Below, piece by piece: positions 17,990 to 26,597 of a stretch of DNA of 64,000 bases. This DNA is from Myxococcota bacterium (lineage in GTDB: Bacteria; Myxococcota_A; UBA9160; UBA4427). Made by a program: the position numbers and the translations under genes. The stretch lies in assembly GCA_028823175.1 (NCBI GenBank), contig JAPKBZ010000001.1, positions 96,350 to 160,349 on the forward strand, read 5' to 3'. The stretch's first letter is position 1. Each line of letters begins with the position of its first letter. A model generated the notes under the pieces. The model was not told where the DNA came from, made no database searches, and saw nothing but the letters and a program-made list of their open reading frames with translations.

Positions 17990-19615
17990 GTGAATAGAGT
18001 GCTGCTCCCGTCTGCGGGATCTCTGCTGGTGCTGGTGGTCTTTTTGCTCGGCTTTCCCGGGTGGACCGTTCTCGCTATCGCCGACGAATCGCCTGAGTTT
18101 TGTTCCACGCTCGCCGGAGTGAACCGGGGTGAGGTCGATACTCGGGAATTTCCGGAACTGGCAGGGCATGTTCGCGTCATTGAGACGCTTCTCGATTCGT
18201 CGCCCGACGAGATCCGGAACGATCTCACAACGCTCCGCGATACCTTTGCGGCCTGGCTGAATGCAGTGGACGGCGAGGTCCCCATGAGCCAGACCTTCGC
18301 GATCCTCCGCGACCCAGAACTGGCGGGAGTTCAGGGCCGTATCGCGGATTATATTGCCGAGGAGTGCGGGCTCCGACTTGGGGACGGTCGTTATAACGTG
18401 GGGAGCTTGGCGTCGAGGGAAGGGCGCTGTCCGGCTTGGCCGAGCGTGGGTAATCCCCTGACTTTCAATCACTTCCCCAATCTCCCGGACATATCAGGGG
18501 GCAATTATTTCGCCCAACGGTATTGGGTAGGAAAGGCGGAAGATGCGCCGCCGGGCATGTTTCCTGTGGAGCCGGGTGGTCGGGTGAAAATACGCGGCCA
18601 GTATCCGAGGGCTCGGTATTTTGCGTTCCACCCCAACGACGAAGATCTGAATAACCTTCGAACTCTGCGCGATATTGATCTCGATCCCGATGAGGGGAGT
18701 ATCAATCCCTTCCGAGAAGTTCCCAAGAAAGATGTGCCCAACTATTACACGGCTTGGCTCGTTTTCGATCAGCCCCCGATCGACCCCGCCCCCAATACCT
18801 ATTATGTGGGCGCCCGTAAAAGTGGTATTCGCCCGACTCGTTGGGTCTGGAATATGCTTCGCCTCTATGCGTCGGACCTTGGAGATGGACCGAACTCGGG
18901 TGGGGTCCCGCTTCCGGCTCTGACTATCTATGGAGCAGACGGCAGCGAGAGCCAACATTTCGAAGAGTGCGAACCCTTCCAGCCGGGCGAGATGCACGCC
19001 GAGACAGATATCCTCTTCCCGGTTCTCCCCATCGCGGATCATAGGGCTGTCTACCCGGCGGCATGGAGCACTTCTTCGAATTTCGACAGCCCCTCGGACA
19101 CGCTTGCCAATGCCGACGTTCAATACCTGGCCACTTTCTTCAGTCGCCGACACGGCGATATCTTTATCGTACGAGCAAAAAATCTCAGGACAGCCGATTC
19201 ACGCGAAGGTCAACCCGTGAGTTCGCCAGGGATGGACATCCGACTTTTCACACTCTGCACCTACAATATCTGGTCTGGTAGCGCGCAGGATTGCATGCTC
19301 GAGCAGGAACTTAAAGAAGATGAAGAAGGCTTCTATACCCTTGTGATTTCCGATCAAACTCATAAGCCGGATAATCTTGAAGGGGTCGACGCTTCGTGGA
19401 TCGATTGGGGACCCTACCTGGACGGCCAATTGACTTACCGCATGGTCTACCGTGAAAATCCCTTTGCCCGACGAATCGCCTTTGCGCTCAATGGCGGCTT
19501 CGTCCCCCGGGAGCTTCGGGACTATATCCCCCGCTCGGCACCCTGTAGCCGTGCCCGCTTTGAAGAGGCGGGTTGGAAGGGTTGCTTCGAGGATGCCGGC
19601 CTCGAAGCCCGGTAG
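17990..19615 (+). CDS. hypothetical secreted protein (no family recognised)
   Basis: 541 aa. The GTG start follows GGAGG, and the N-terminal hydrophobic signal is 'LLVLVVFLLGFPGWTVLAIA'. It lies 19 bp after the SDR, and the long ORF has gene-like composition. Confidence 0.6.
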   Translation: MNRVLLPSAGSLLVLVVFLLGFPGWTVLAIADESPEFCSTLAGVNRGEVDTREFPELAGHVRVIETLLDSSPDEIRNDLTTLRDTFAAWLNAVDGEVPMSQTFAILRDPELAGVQGRIADYIAEECGLRLGDGRYNVGSLASREGRCPAWPSVGNPLTFNHFPNLPDISGGNYFAQRYWVGKAEDAPPGMFPVEPGGRVKIRGQYPRARYFAFHPNDEDLNNLRTLRDIDLDPDEGSINPFREVPKKDVPNYYTAWLVFDQPPIDPAPNTYYVGARKSGIRPTRWVWNMLRLYASDLGDGPNSGGVPLPALTIYGADGSESQHFEECEPFQPGEMHAETDILFPVLPIADHRAVYPAAWSTSSNFDSPSDTLANADVQYLATFFSRRHGDIFIVRAKNLRTADSREGQPVSSPGMDIRLFTLCTYNIWSGSAQDCMLEQELKEDEEGFYTLVISDQTHKPDNLEGVDASWIDWGPYLDGQLTYRMVYRENPFARRIAFALNGGFVPRELRDYIPRSAPCSRARFEEAGWKGCFEDAGLEAR

Positions 19616-19621
19616 CGCAGA

Positions 19622-21469
19622 TCAATCGGCTTTGGCATCGAAGTGGGCTGGGGGGAAGTCTGCGCATCGCCCCTGGGCCCAGTCGAGATATTGCGGCCGC
19701 TGATAAGTCGGTTCATCCTTGATATTCAGATAGACCAGCCAGCAGACGTCTTCTTCGCTTTGCGCACGTTCGTCGCTGGCTGCCGCCATCAGAATCCCTT
19801 CGAGGAAAACCTCATCTTTTGACATGCGGACGCCGCCGCCGGCGGCCGTATCGAGAATCAGGAATTTGTCGCCACCGTCGGCGAGATTCCAGACCATCCA
19901 ATCGGGCAAGTCGCCTCCCCGCCCCCGGCCAGGGTTTCCCGTATAGGCGAACTCTGCCCAATACGATTGCATCGTTCGCGAGAGGGCAAGCCTGCCTTTT
20001 GCGTTTGACTTGGTGAAGATCAAGCCAGCCAGGCCATCTTGGGGGAAAATTCCGGTTAGGAAAGTAGTTTCGAGACCATGGGCGGCGCCTACGAGGAGCG
20101 AAAAGTCACCCCATACACTGTCGGGTTCTTCATCCCAGTCCCAGCGATAGGCGAAGGCCTGTCCGCCAGCCGCGCGGGTCCAGCGACTCGGATCGTCGGC
20201 ACCCCGTGCCTTCCACCCCTTGGCTCGATATTCGGAGAAGTAACGGTAGCGATCTTTGTCTTTTGGCCGATAGAAAGCGCCGAAGTAGTCGTTGACGAGT
20301 TCGGGGCTGAGAGCCAGCCACAAATTGTTTTCATCGCGGTTGGTACCCGCGATCAGGGGAACTGGATGAATTTCTCCGTGGCGATACGCTGCAGCGATCC
20401 CGTCGGCGGGGATGACGGTTCCGTCCTGGATCATGATGGGTGCGCCGTGACTCTCACTCTCCGCGTAATATCCCATGACGAGTTCCTCTGGGCTTCGAGA
20501 GCGGAGAAAATTGGCGAGGTCTGCGGGGGGCATGGTCTGGGTTTTCTGCAAAGCAGCCTGTCGGGAATCAGCCAACTCGGATTCCTGGAGCCAATAGACC
20601 AGCATATCGCCGCTGGTTGCCGAGCCGGTGCGCCGCGATGTCGAGGTCGCAATTTGGCTGGCTTCTTCAAGTCCGACGCTGTTCGTATACCCGCTCTGGG
20701 CGATCGCACCTTGAAAGAGACCAGTGGCCAGAGGAGAAACCATCAAGGCCAGAGTGTTCTGCCCGCCCGCGGATTCTCCGAAAATGCTCACTCTGTTGGG
20801 ATCACCTCCGAATGCCGCGATATTGGCCTGGACCCATCGGAGCAGTTCTAGTTGGTCGAGCAGGCCGTAATTTCCCGAGCGATCGAGCGCGTCGTCGCCT
20901 TCACTCCAGAGCGCGGGTTGGTAGAACCAGCCCAGGCCCCCAAGCCGATAATTGAAGCTGATCATTACGAGATCAAAGCGCTCAGCCATTTGGCTGAAGT
21001 CGTAGGAGCCGCCGTGGCCGGTCGTGTTGCCACCGCCATGAATCCAGACCATGACGGGCAGGCCGTCGTCCGGGACTTTTTCGGGCGCCCAGATATTCAG
21101 GAACAGGCAATCCTCGGATCCGAAGACTTTTCCGATTGACTCGGCTGGGGCGCCGCCCAGCCAGGATCCTCGCTGCAGGCATGCACTCCCAATTTCAGTG
21201 GCTTCACGCGAGCCCTGCCATGAATTGGCCGGGCGAGGGGACCGCCAACGAAGGTCGCCCACTGGGGGCGCCGCGTAGGGGACGCCCGCCCAAGCCAGAA
21301 CGCCACTGGAGGCACGGTAACCGATGAGCTTTCCCTGGGGCAGAACGCGCTCGCTGGCAGGGTCTATTTTGGGTGGCTTCTGATTTCGAGGGCCGCAGGC
21401 TGGCAATAAGACCGTTAGGGCACTGAGGGCGAGCAAGAGCAAGAGCTTGGGCATGGCAATGGCTTTCAT
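19622..21469 (-). CDS. carboxylesterase/lipase type B family lipoprotein
   Basis: 615 aa with lipobox 'VLLPAC', oxyanion 'VWIHGGGN' and nucleophile elbow 'FGESAGG'. Confidence 0.9.
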   Translation of the reverse strand: MKAIAMPKLLLLLALSALTVLLPACGPRNQKPPKIDPASERVLPQGKLIGYRASSGVLAWAGVPYAAPPVGDLRWRSPRPANSWQGSREATEIGSACLQRGSWLGGAPAESIGKVFGSEDCLFLNIWAPEKVPDDGLPVMVWIHGGGNTTGHGGSYDFSQMAERFDLVMISFNYRLGGLGWFYQPALWSEGDDALDRSGNYGLLDQLELLRWVQANIAAFGGDPNRVSIFGESAGGQNTLALMVSPLATGLFQGAIAQSGYTNSVGLEEASQIATSTSRRTGSATSGDMLVYWLQESELADSRQAALQKTQTMPPADLANFLRSRSPEELVMGYYAESESHGAPIMIQDGTVIPADGIAAAYRHGEIHPVPLIAGTNRDENNLWLALSPELVNDYFGAFYRPKDKDRYRYFSEYRAKGWKARGADDPSRWTRAAGGQAFAYRWDWDEEPDSVWGDFSLLVGAAHGLETTFLTGIFPQDGLAGLIFTKSNAKGRLALSRTMQSYWAEFAYTGNPGRGRGGDLPDWMVWNLADGGDKFLILDTAAGGGVRMSKDEVFLEGILMAAASDERAQSEEDVCWLVYLNIKDEPTYQRPQYLDWAQGRCADFPPAHFDAKAD

Positions 21470-21493
21470 TTGAGGGGGGGGAGATTTCTTTTT

Positions 21494-22825
21494 TTACCTG
21501 GCCCAGTCGGCGATCAACTGGTGGCGACCGCGCAGGGCGTAGTAGATGAGTCCGAGGCCGACGAGCCCTGCGAAAAGAAAACCGACCTGCGGGTTGTAAT
21601 AGAAGAGCGAGACGAGGCAAAGCGAGGCCAGGCTAAGAGCAAGGATGGCGAGGTAAGGGTAGCCGACGGCCTTGAAGGGCCTCGGCAGGTCCTTCTCGAT
21701 CTTGCGCAGCCGGATCAGGGCGGCCATGGAAAGGATATAGAGAGATACAGCGCCAAAGCAAGCCAATGTGATGATGTCTGCTGTTTTTCCCGATAGGATC
21801 GCGATAATGCCCGCCACGAGGTTCACGGCGAGTGCTATGCGGGGTGTCCCGCTGGCGGAATGAATACGCGCCAGGATTTTCGGGGCGAAGCCTGAGCGCC
21901 CGAATTCGAAGGTCGCTCGGCCAGCGGCGAAGATGATGCCATGAAACGAAGCGATCAGACCCAGCAGGCCGATGCCCAGGAGCAGTGTGTACCAGACTGA
22001 ATCGCTTCCCACGACGAGGGCCAGGGCCAGCGGCAGGGGAGCATCGCTCGCTTCGGCGCCGGGCACGGGATAAACGATTTGTTCCCAGCCGGCCACGCCT
22101 GTTGCGCTAAAGAAGACAGCCAGGGCGAGGATGACCAGGGTGAACATAGCGGTGCCGAAACCGAGGGCCACGTTGCGCTGAGGGTTGCGGGTTTCTTCGG
22201 CGGCGTTGGCCACGCCCTCAATGGCCAGATAGAACCAGATCGCGAAAGGAAGGCAGGCGAAAATTCCAGAGTAGCCGTTGGGGAGAGGATCTATAGAGAA
22301 ACTCGTCCAACTGAAAGAGGGCAGGGTGAGGCCGCAGAAGAGCAGGAGTTCACCCACCGCAAGGATCGTCACCGTCAATTCGAAGAGGGCTGCCTGGCGG
22401 ACGCCCCAGGCATTGAGGCCGGTGAAGACCAGATAGGCCCCGATGGCAATTCCCTCGACAGGGATACCGCCGAAGCGCTGATGGATATAAGCGGCGACGG
22501 CCATTGCGATCGCTGGAGGCGCGAAGACGAATTCGATGATCTGAACAAGCCCCCCCACACATCCCCCGAGTGGTCCGAAAGCTCGAGCGCAATAGACGAA
22601 AGCGCCGCCTGCCCTGGGTATGGCGCAAGCCAGTTCGGTGTAGCTGAGGATGAAGCTGACGTACATGAAGGTGACGAGGACAGTCGCGGCGAGCATTCCA
22701 TAGCTGCCGCCGATGGGCAGACCCAGATTCCAGCCGAAATATTCGCCGCTGATGACATAGCCGACCCCGAGTCCCCAGAGGGTAAAAGGGCCGAGAGCCT
22801 TTTTGAGTTGGGAGTCTTTGCTCAT
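21494..22825 (-). CDS. APC-superfamily amino acid permease, ethanolamine permease-like
   Basis: 443 aa, multi-TM. The N-terminal 'LWGLGVGYVISGEYFGWNLGLPIGG' matches my recollection of ethanolamine (EAT) permeases. Confidence 0.8.
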   Translation of the reverse strand: MSKDSQLKKALGPFTLWGLGVGYVISGEYFGWNLGLPIGGSYGMLAATVLVTFMYVSFILSYTELACAIPRAGGAFVYCARAFGPLGGCVGGLVQIIEFVFAPPAIAMAVAAYIHQRFGGIPVEGIAIGAYLVFTGLNAWGVRQAALFELTVTILAVGELLLFCGLTLPSFSWTSFSIDPLPNGYSGIFACLPFAIWFYLAIEGVANAAEETRNPQRNVALGFGTAMFTLVILALAVFFSATGVAGWEQIVYPVPGAEASDAPLPLALALVVGSDSVWYTLLLGIGLLGLIASFHGIIFAAGRATFEFGRSGFAPKILARIHSASGTPRIALAVNLVAGIIAILSGKTADIITLACFGAVSLYILSMAALIRLRKIEKDLPRPFKAVGYPYLAILALSLASLCLVSLFYYNPQVGFLFAGLVGLGLIYYALRGRHQLIADWAR

Positions 22826-23004
22826 TTGCGCATTCTAACGCGTGGCGGTATTCCTGCTCGGCACGGAGATCATCGCCTCGGGGGGGGGCTCGGTTTTTTC
22901 GGTTCGACGCTTGCTTCAACCTTTTTGATTTTCCACCGAAGGGATATCCTAGGGACTCGACATTTCACGCACTAGGGTTCGGGCTTTTCTGAGGAGGACT
23001 CGAG

Positions 23005-23805
23005 ATGATCAAGAGCATCGACGTAAACTGGGGAAGATACGATCCGAGGAAAAAGTGGAATACGCTTGGGTCGACTCGAGTCGTTCTTGCAGCGCTTCTC
23101 TTAGGGATCTTCGGCTGTGTAAGTCCGAATAGTTCCGGGATCTACTACAAATCCGGAGAAGAAGCGAGCACATTAGACGGGCTATACCAGACGCGTTGGG
23201 CGCCCTTCGAAGCGACATTTCTGCGCCCTGGCGTGCACATGGATCGTTATAAGAAAGTTGTCATCGAGCCGCTGACCATAAGTTATAGGCAAGACCCAGG
23301 CGTGCGGCGTATTGGTAATCGGGCCTTCGGAACTTACGAGCCCCTCGACCCGAATTACCCGCTTACCGGTTCGGCCAGGGGGGTGATGGAGACCGTTTAT
23401 CTCGACTACCTGAAGAGTCAGCTCGTCGCGACGGGACACTTTGATGAAGTCACGGTTGGTACGGCCGAGGGCAATGAAAAAGGAGTTCTCATTCTCAGAG
23501 GGCAGATTATCGACCTGGTGGTCTCGGTAGCCGCCATGGTCAATCAGCCTCCGGATGCCACCCAAATAGTCAACGATTCGGGTCAGATGACCCTTTTTGT
23601 CGATTTTATCGACGCATCGACTGGGAGTTCGATCATTCAAATGGCGGATGCTCGGCTGATCAGAGGCGAGCATGACTACTACGTCAGCGAGGGAATTTCT
23701 CAGCTGAGTGCCTTGCGCCTGATTTTTGGAGAGTGGGCTGGAGGTGTGCGCCGGCAGATCGAACAACTGAGCGCGCTTGGCGAAATTCCGACTCCCGAAG
23801 GGTGA
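23005..23805 (+). CDS. putative lipoprotein (possibly DUF3313-like)
   Basis: 266 aa with a lipobox-like 'LLLGIFGC'. No catalytic motifs were seen, and the family assignment is tentative. Confidence 0.5.
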   Translation: MIKSIDVNWGRYDPRKKWNTLGSTRVVLAALLLGIFGCVSPNSSGIYYKSGEEASTLDGLYQTRWAPFEATFLRPGVHMDRYKKVVIEPLTISYRQDPGVRRIGNRAFGTYEPLDPNYPLTGSARGVMETVYLDYLKSQLVATGHFDEVTVGTAEGNEKGVLILRGQIIDLVVSVAAMVNQPPDATQIVNDSGQMTLFVDFIDASTGSSIIQMADARLIRGEHDYYVSEGISQLSALRLIFGEWAGGVRRQIEQLSALGEIPTPEG

Positions 23806-23836
23806 TTCGCAGGCTGGGAAATGTTATCCGTATGGC

Positions 23837-24352
23837 ATGGCAAACCCCAGTGCAATCTTGGAAACATCCGAAGGCGAGATCACCGTTGAGCTCTTTCTAG
23901 ACGAGATGCCGGTCACGGCTGGCAACTTTCTCGATCTGGCGGAAAGCGGTTTCTACGACGGTCTTCATTTTCATCGCGTGATCAATAGCTTCATGCTTCA
24001 ATTTGGCTGCCCCCATAGCCGTGATCCGGAGAGTGGCCGGGCGGGAACGGGTGATAGCCCGAATGGAACGATCGACGATGAACACCTTAGTGGAGCCCAG
24101 TTCTCCAACGAGCCAGGGACGCTCTCCATGGCGAATACCGGTCGACCGAATAGCGGTAGCTGCCAGTTCTTCGTCAATACGGTGCACAATGATAACCTTG
24201 ACTGGTTTTCTCCCGGGCCTTCCCAACATCCCGTGTTCGGGCGAGTGACCGATGGCATGGACGTGGTGGCAAAGATCGAGAAGACCCCGACCAACGCCCA
24301 AGATCGACCGGTGGATCCGGTCCAGATGGTTCGGGTTCGGATCGAGCGGTAG
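23837..24352 (+). CDS. peptidyl-prolyl cis-trans isomerase, cyclophilin type
   Basis: From ATG 23837: '[12 protein letters not shown]', '[15 protein letters not shown]', '[20 protein letters not shown]'. The track ORF starts 60 nt earlier. Confidence 0.9.
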   Translation: MANPSAILETSEGEITVELFLDEMPVTAGNFLDLAESGFYDGLHFHRVINSFMLQFGCPHSRDPESGRAGTGDSPNGTIDDEHLSGAQFSNEPGTLSMANTGRPNSGSCQFFVNTVHNDNLDWFSPGPSQHPVFGRVTDGMDVVAKIEKTPTNAQDRPVDPVQMVRVRIER

Positions 24353-24443
24353 CCCGCTCGCCCAACGGTGAGTTGACGCCCGGGTTCTGGCCGGGGAAGA
24401 GCGCCGTTGCTTGGGCTTGATCGCCGGAACCGAGTGAGCCGCC

Positions 24444-26597
24444 TCAGTAGGTGAGGCGAAACGAAAAAGCGAGCCCGATCCCCTGGGCTTGGATGCCTGA
24501 GCCGTGCTCGCGGTAGCTGGCGTTGGTCAGGTTCCGCAGTTCGGCCGAGAAGCTCATTTGGTCATCCCAGCGGTAGTGGCCCTGGATATTAAAAGTGGCC
24601 CAGCTTGGGGAGCCAAGGGGGTTGATCCGGGGATCTCGTTGATCGCGGGCACTTAGCCTGGGTTGGCTTGCTGCGAAGCGCATGAAGGGTTCGATCCAGA
24701 GCCGGTCGCTTGCTTGCCAGGGAAACCCGAGCCTGCCTTGCAGGGGGGGGATTCGATCGGCGCTTTCGAAGCCACCACTGAGCAGCGACTCTTCGCCCCA
24801 GGTCCAGAAGAACGAGAACTCCAGGGCTACGGACTCATTTAGGCGAATTCTCTCGAAGGCCTCGATCCCCGTGATCCTGACTTCTGCGGTATTGGCACTC
24901 TGGACGATATCTCGGCCATCGGGCGTTTTCTGATTCGTATCGATGGACTCGATCTTGTTGTCGTAGTGTGAGTAGTAGAAGAAGATCTCGGTTTGGGCGA
25001 TTTCCCCGAGGTGACGAAAGCCGAAATCGGTCGTATATATTATCTCGGGGGTCAGGTCGTTACTGGGTTGGTTGTAACGATTCCCAGGCCTCGGGCCCAG
25101 GGTTCCCAAGTCAAAAATATTGGGCGCCCTAAAGCCCCGCCGGAAGCTCGCAATGAACTCAGTATTGACCCAAGGTTCAAAAAGTAGGCCGATCGATCCG
25201 GTTAGATCGTTGAGTTGACTGCGCCCTTGGGGAGTCGATGCTGTGGCCGCGATTTCGGTGTCGATGTAGCTGTAGCGAAGGCCGCCGTCCAGGGTGAGCG
25301 AAGGAAGGATGGCGAGGGAGATGTCGGCGAAGGCTCCGTAGCTATGCATGCTTGATCCATTGGGGAACCTCGAAGGTGCATCCAAAGATGTACCGGCTTG
25401 GAGATTTTGTTTCTGGCGTGCGCTCGAAACCCAATCCAGGTACGCGTCGACTCCCCAGTGGATTTGAAAGCCGATTTCGAAATCCTTATCCGCCCTTAAA
25501 GTGATTCCCAGGAGTTCACTCGTGTTCTGTTCTCTGATTTCGATATCGCTCTGGTAGGCGCGGGTTCGACGATCATCGCGGATCTTTTGGAAGGCGATAT
25601 TCAGGCCCAGGCTGTCGAAATAGGGAGTGGGTCGCTCTTCTTTCAGGGCGATGCGGGTGAAGAGTCGCGACAGAGGTTCGTAGTAGAACTCGGAAGAGGA
25701 GGGGTGGGGCTGATCGAAGCCCGCACTCATCTCGTCGTAGCGCGGGCTTTTGGGCTGCTCCGCATATTGGACATCGACGGAGAACGTCCTGCTCGAGGTG
25801 GGCTTCCAATCCAGGGAGAAATCACCACCCAGGGTGCTGTACGCGCTGGGTATTTGCCTCCCGGTGTCGCCTCCGCCCTCGAGGTTGCCAGTTTCGAGCC
25901 CGGAAAAGCCGCCCCGTAGGCCAATCTTCTGGTTCCCACCCTCGAGTTCGACGCGAATGCCTCTGGCGAGGTCGGCGGAATTGAAAATTCCTTGCACGAG
26001 GCTTCGTGTTTCCCACTCCTTGCCTTCGAACTCCGGGCGGCGAGTGTGAAGCTGGATGACTCCCCCCATGGCATCGCTTCCGTGACGAACTGAGGCGGGG
26101 CCACGAACGATTTCGATCCGTTCGATCAGACGGGGTTCGACTAGCGCGAGATAGGGCGTGGGAGCGGAGCGGTAGATTGCATTGTTGAGCCTCATACCAT
26201 CCACCAGATTCAGGACGCCCGAGCCCGTCAGGCCTCGGATAAAAGGTGAGCCCTGGCCCGGGGTGGTGGTCTGGAGGGCAACATCGCGAACTCCGCGCAA
26301 GGCGTCGGTGAGCACCTGGGGGATCGAGACTTGGAGTTGTCTTTGGTCGACGAGGATTGCGGGCACCGCGTCGTCGATGGTTTCCGTTCCCGATGCGAAT
26401 CCAACGATGCGAATGTCTTCGCGTTCGGAATTCTCTGCTTCCGAATTTTCTGCTTCCAAGGGAGAGTCGGCAAGCGATGGGCTGGGGGCATAAATGGAGG
26501 CTGCCAGGATCAGGCTCAGCAGGGCCTTCGCTGCTGCCCAGGATGCTCCATACCGCGCCATAGTACCGATCGGGTTTTCCAGAAATCTCGGCATCAC
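24444..26597 (-). CDS. TonB-dependent receptor
   Basis: 717 aa. The plug region has 'VLNLVDGMRLNN' and 'IERIEIVRGPASVRHGSDAMGGVIQL', and a beta-barrel ends in '...AFSFRLTY'. The start is GTG 26597, ATG 26594 or Met-13 (26561). Confidence 0.9.
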   Translation of the reverse strand: MMPRFLENPIGTMARYGASWAAAKALLSLILAASIYAPSPSLADSPLEAENSEAENSEREDIRIVGFASGTETIDDAVPAILVDQRQLQVSIPQVLTDALRGVRDVALQTTTPGQGSPFIRGLTGSGVLNLVDGMRLNNAIYRSAPTPYLALVEPRLIERIEIVRGPASVRHGSDAMGGVIQLHTRRPEFEGKEWETRSLVQGIFNSADLARGIRVELEGGNQKIGLRGGFSGLETGNLEGGGDTGRQIPSAYSTLGGDFSLDWKPTSSRTFSVDVQYAEQPKSPRYDEMSAGFDQPHPSSSEFYYEPLSRLFTRIALKEERPTPYFDSLGLNIAFQKIRDDRRTRAYQSDIEIREQNTSELLGITLRADKDFEIGFQIHWGVDAYLDWVSSARQKQNLQAGTSLDAPSRFPNGSSMHSYGAFADISLAILPSLTLDGGLRYSYIDTEIAATASTPQGRSQLNDLTGSIGLLFEPWVNTEFIASFRRGFRAPNIFDLGTLGPRPGNRYNQPSNDLTPEIIYTTDFGFRHLGEIAQTEIFFYYSHYDNKIESIDTNQKTPDGRDIVQSANTAEVRITGIEAFERIRLNESVALEFSFFWTWGEESLLSGGFESADRIPPLQGRLGFPWQASDRLWIEPFMRFAASQPRLSARDQRDPRINPLGSPSWATFNIQGHYRWDDQMSFSAELRNLTNASYREHGSGIQAQGIGLAFSFRLTY

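Noticed and set aside
24378-24396. A short hairpin (CCCGG-7 nt-CCGGG) between the convergent cyclophilin and TBDR genes, as a bidirectional terminator.
   Set aside because: It has only a 5-bp stem and no U-tract on either strand, which is too weak to call.
26428-26457. A 15-bp tandem duplication (gaattctctgcttcc / gaattttctgcttcc) giving 'EAENSEAENSE' in the TBDR N-terminal extension.
   Set aside because: This is a small in-frame duplication in a naturally variable, acidic linker after the signal peptide, with no further structure seen. I noted it only as trivia.
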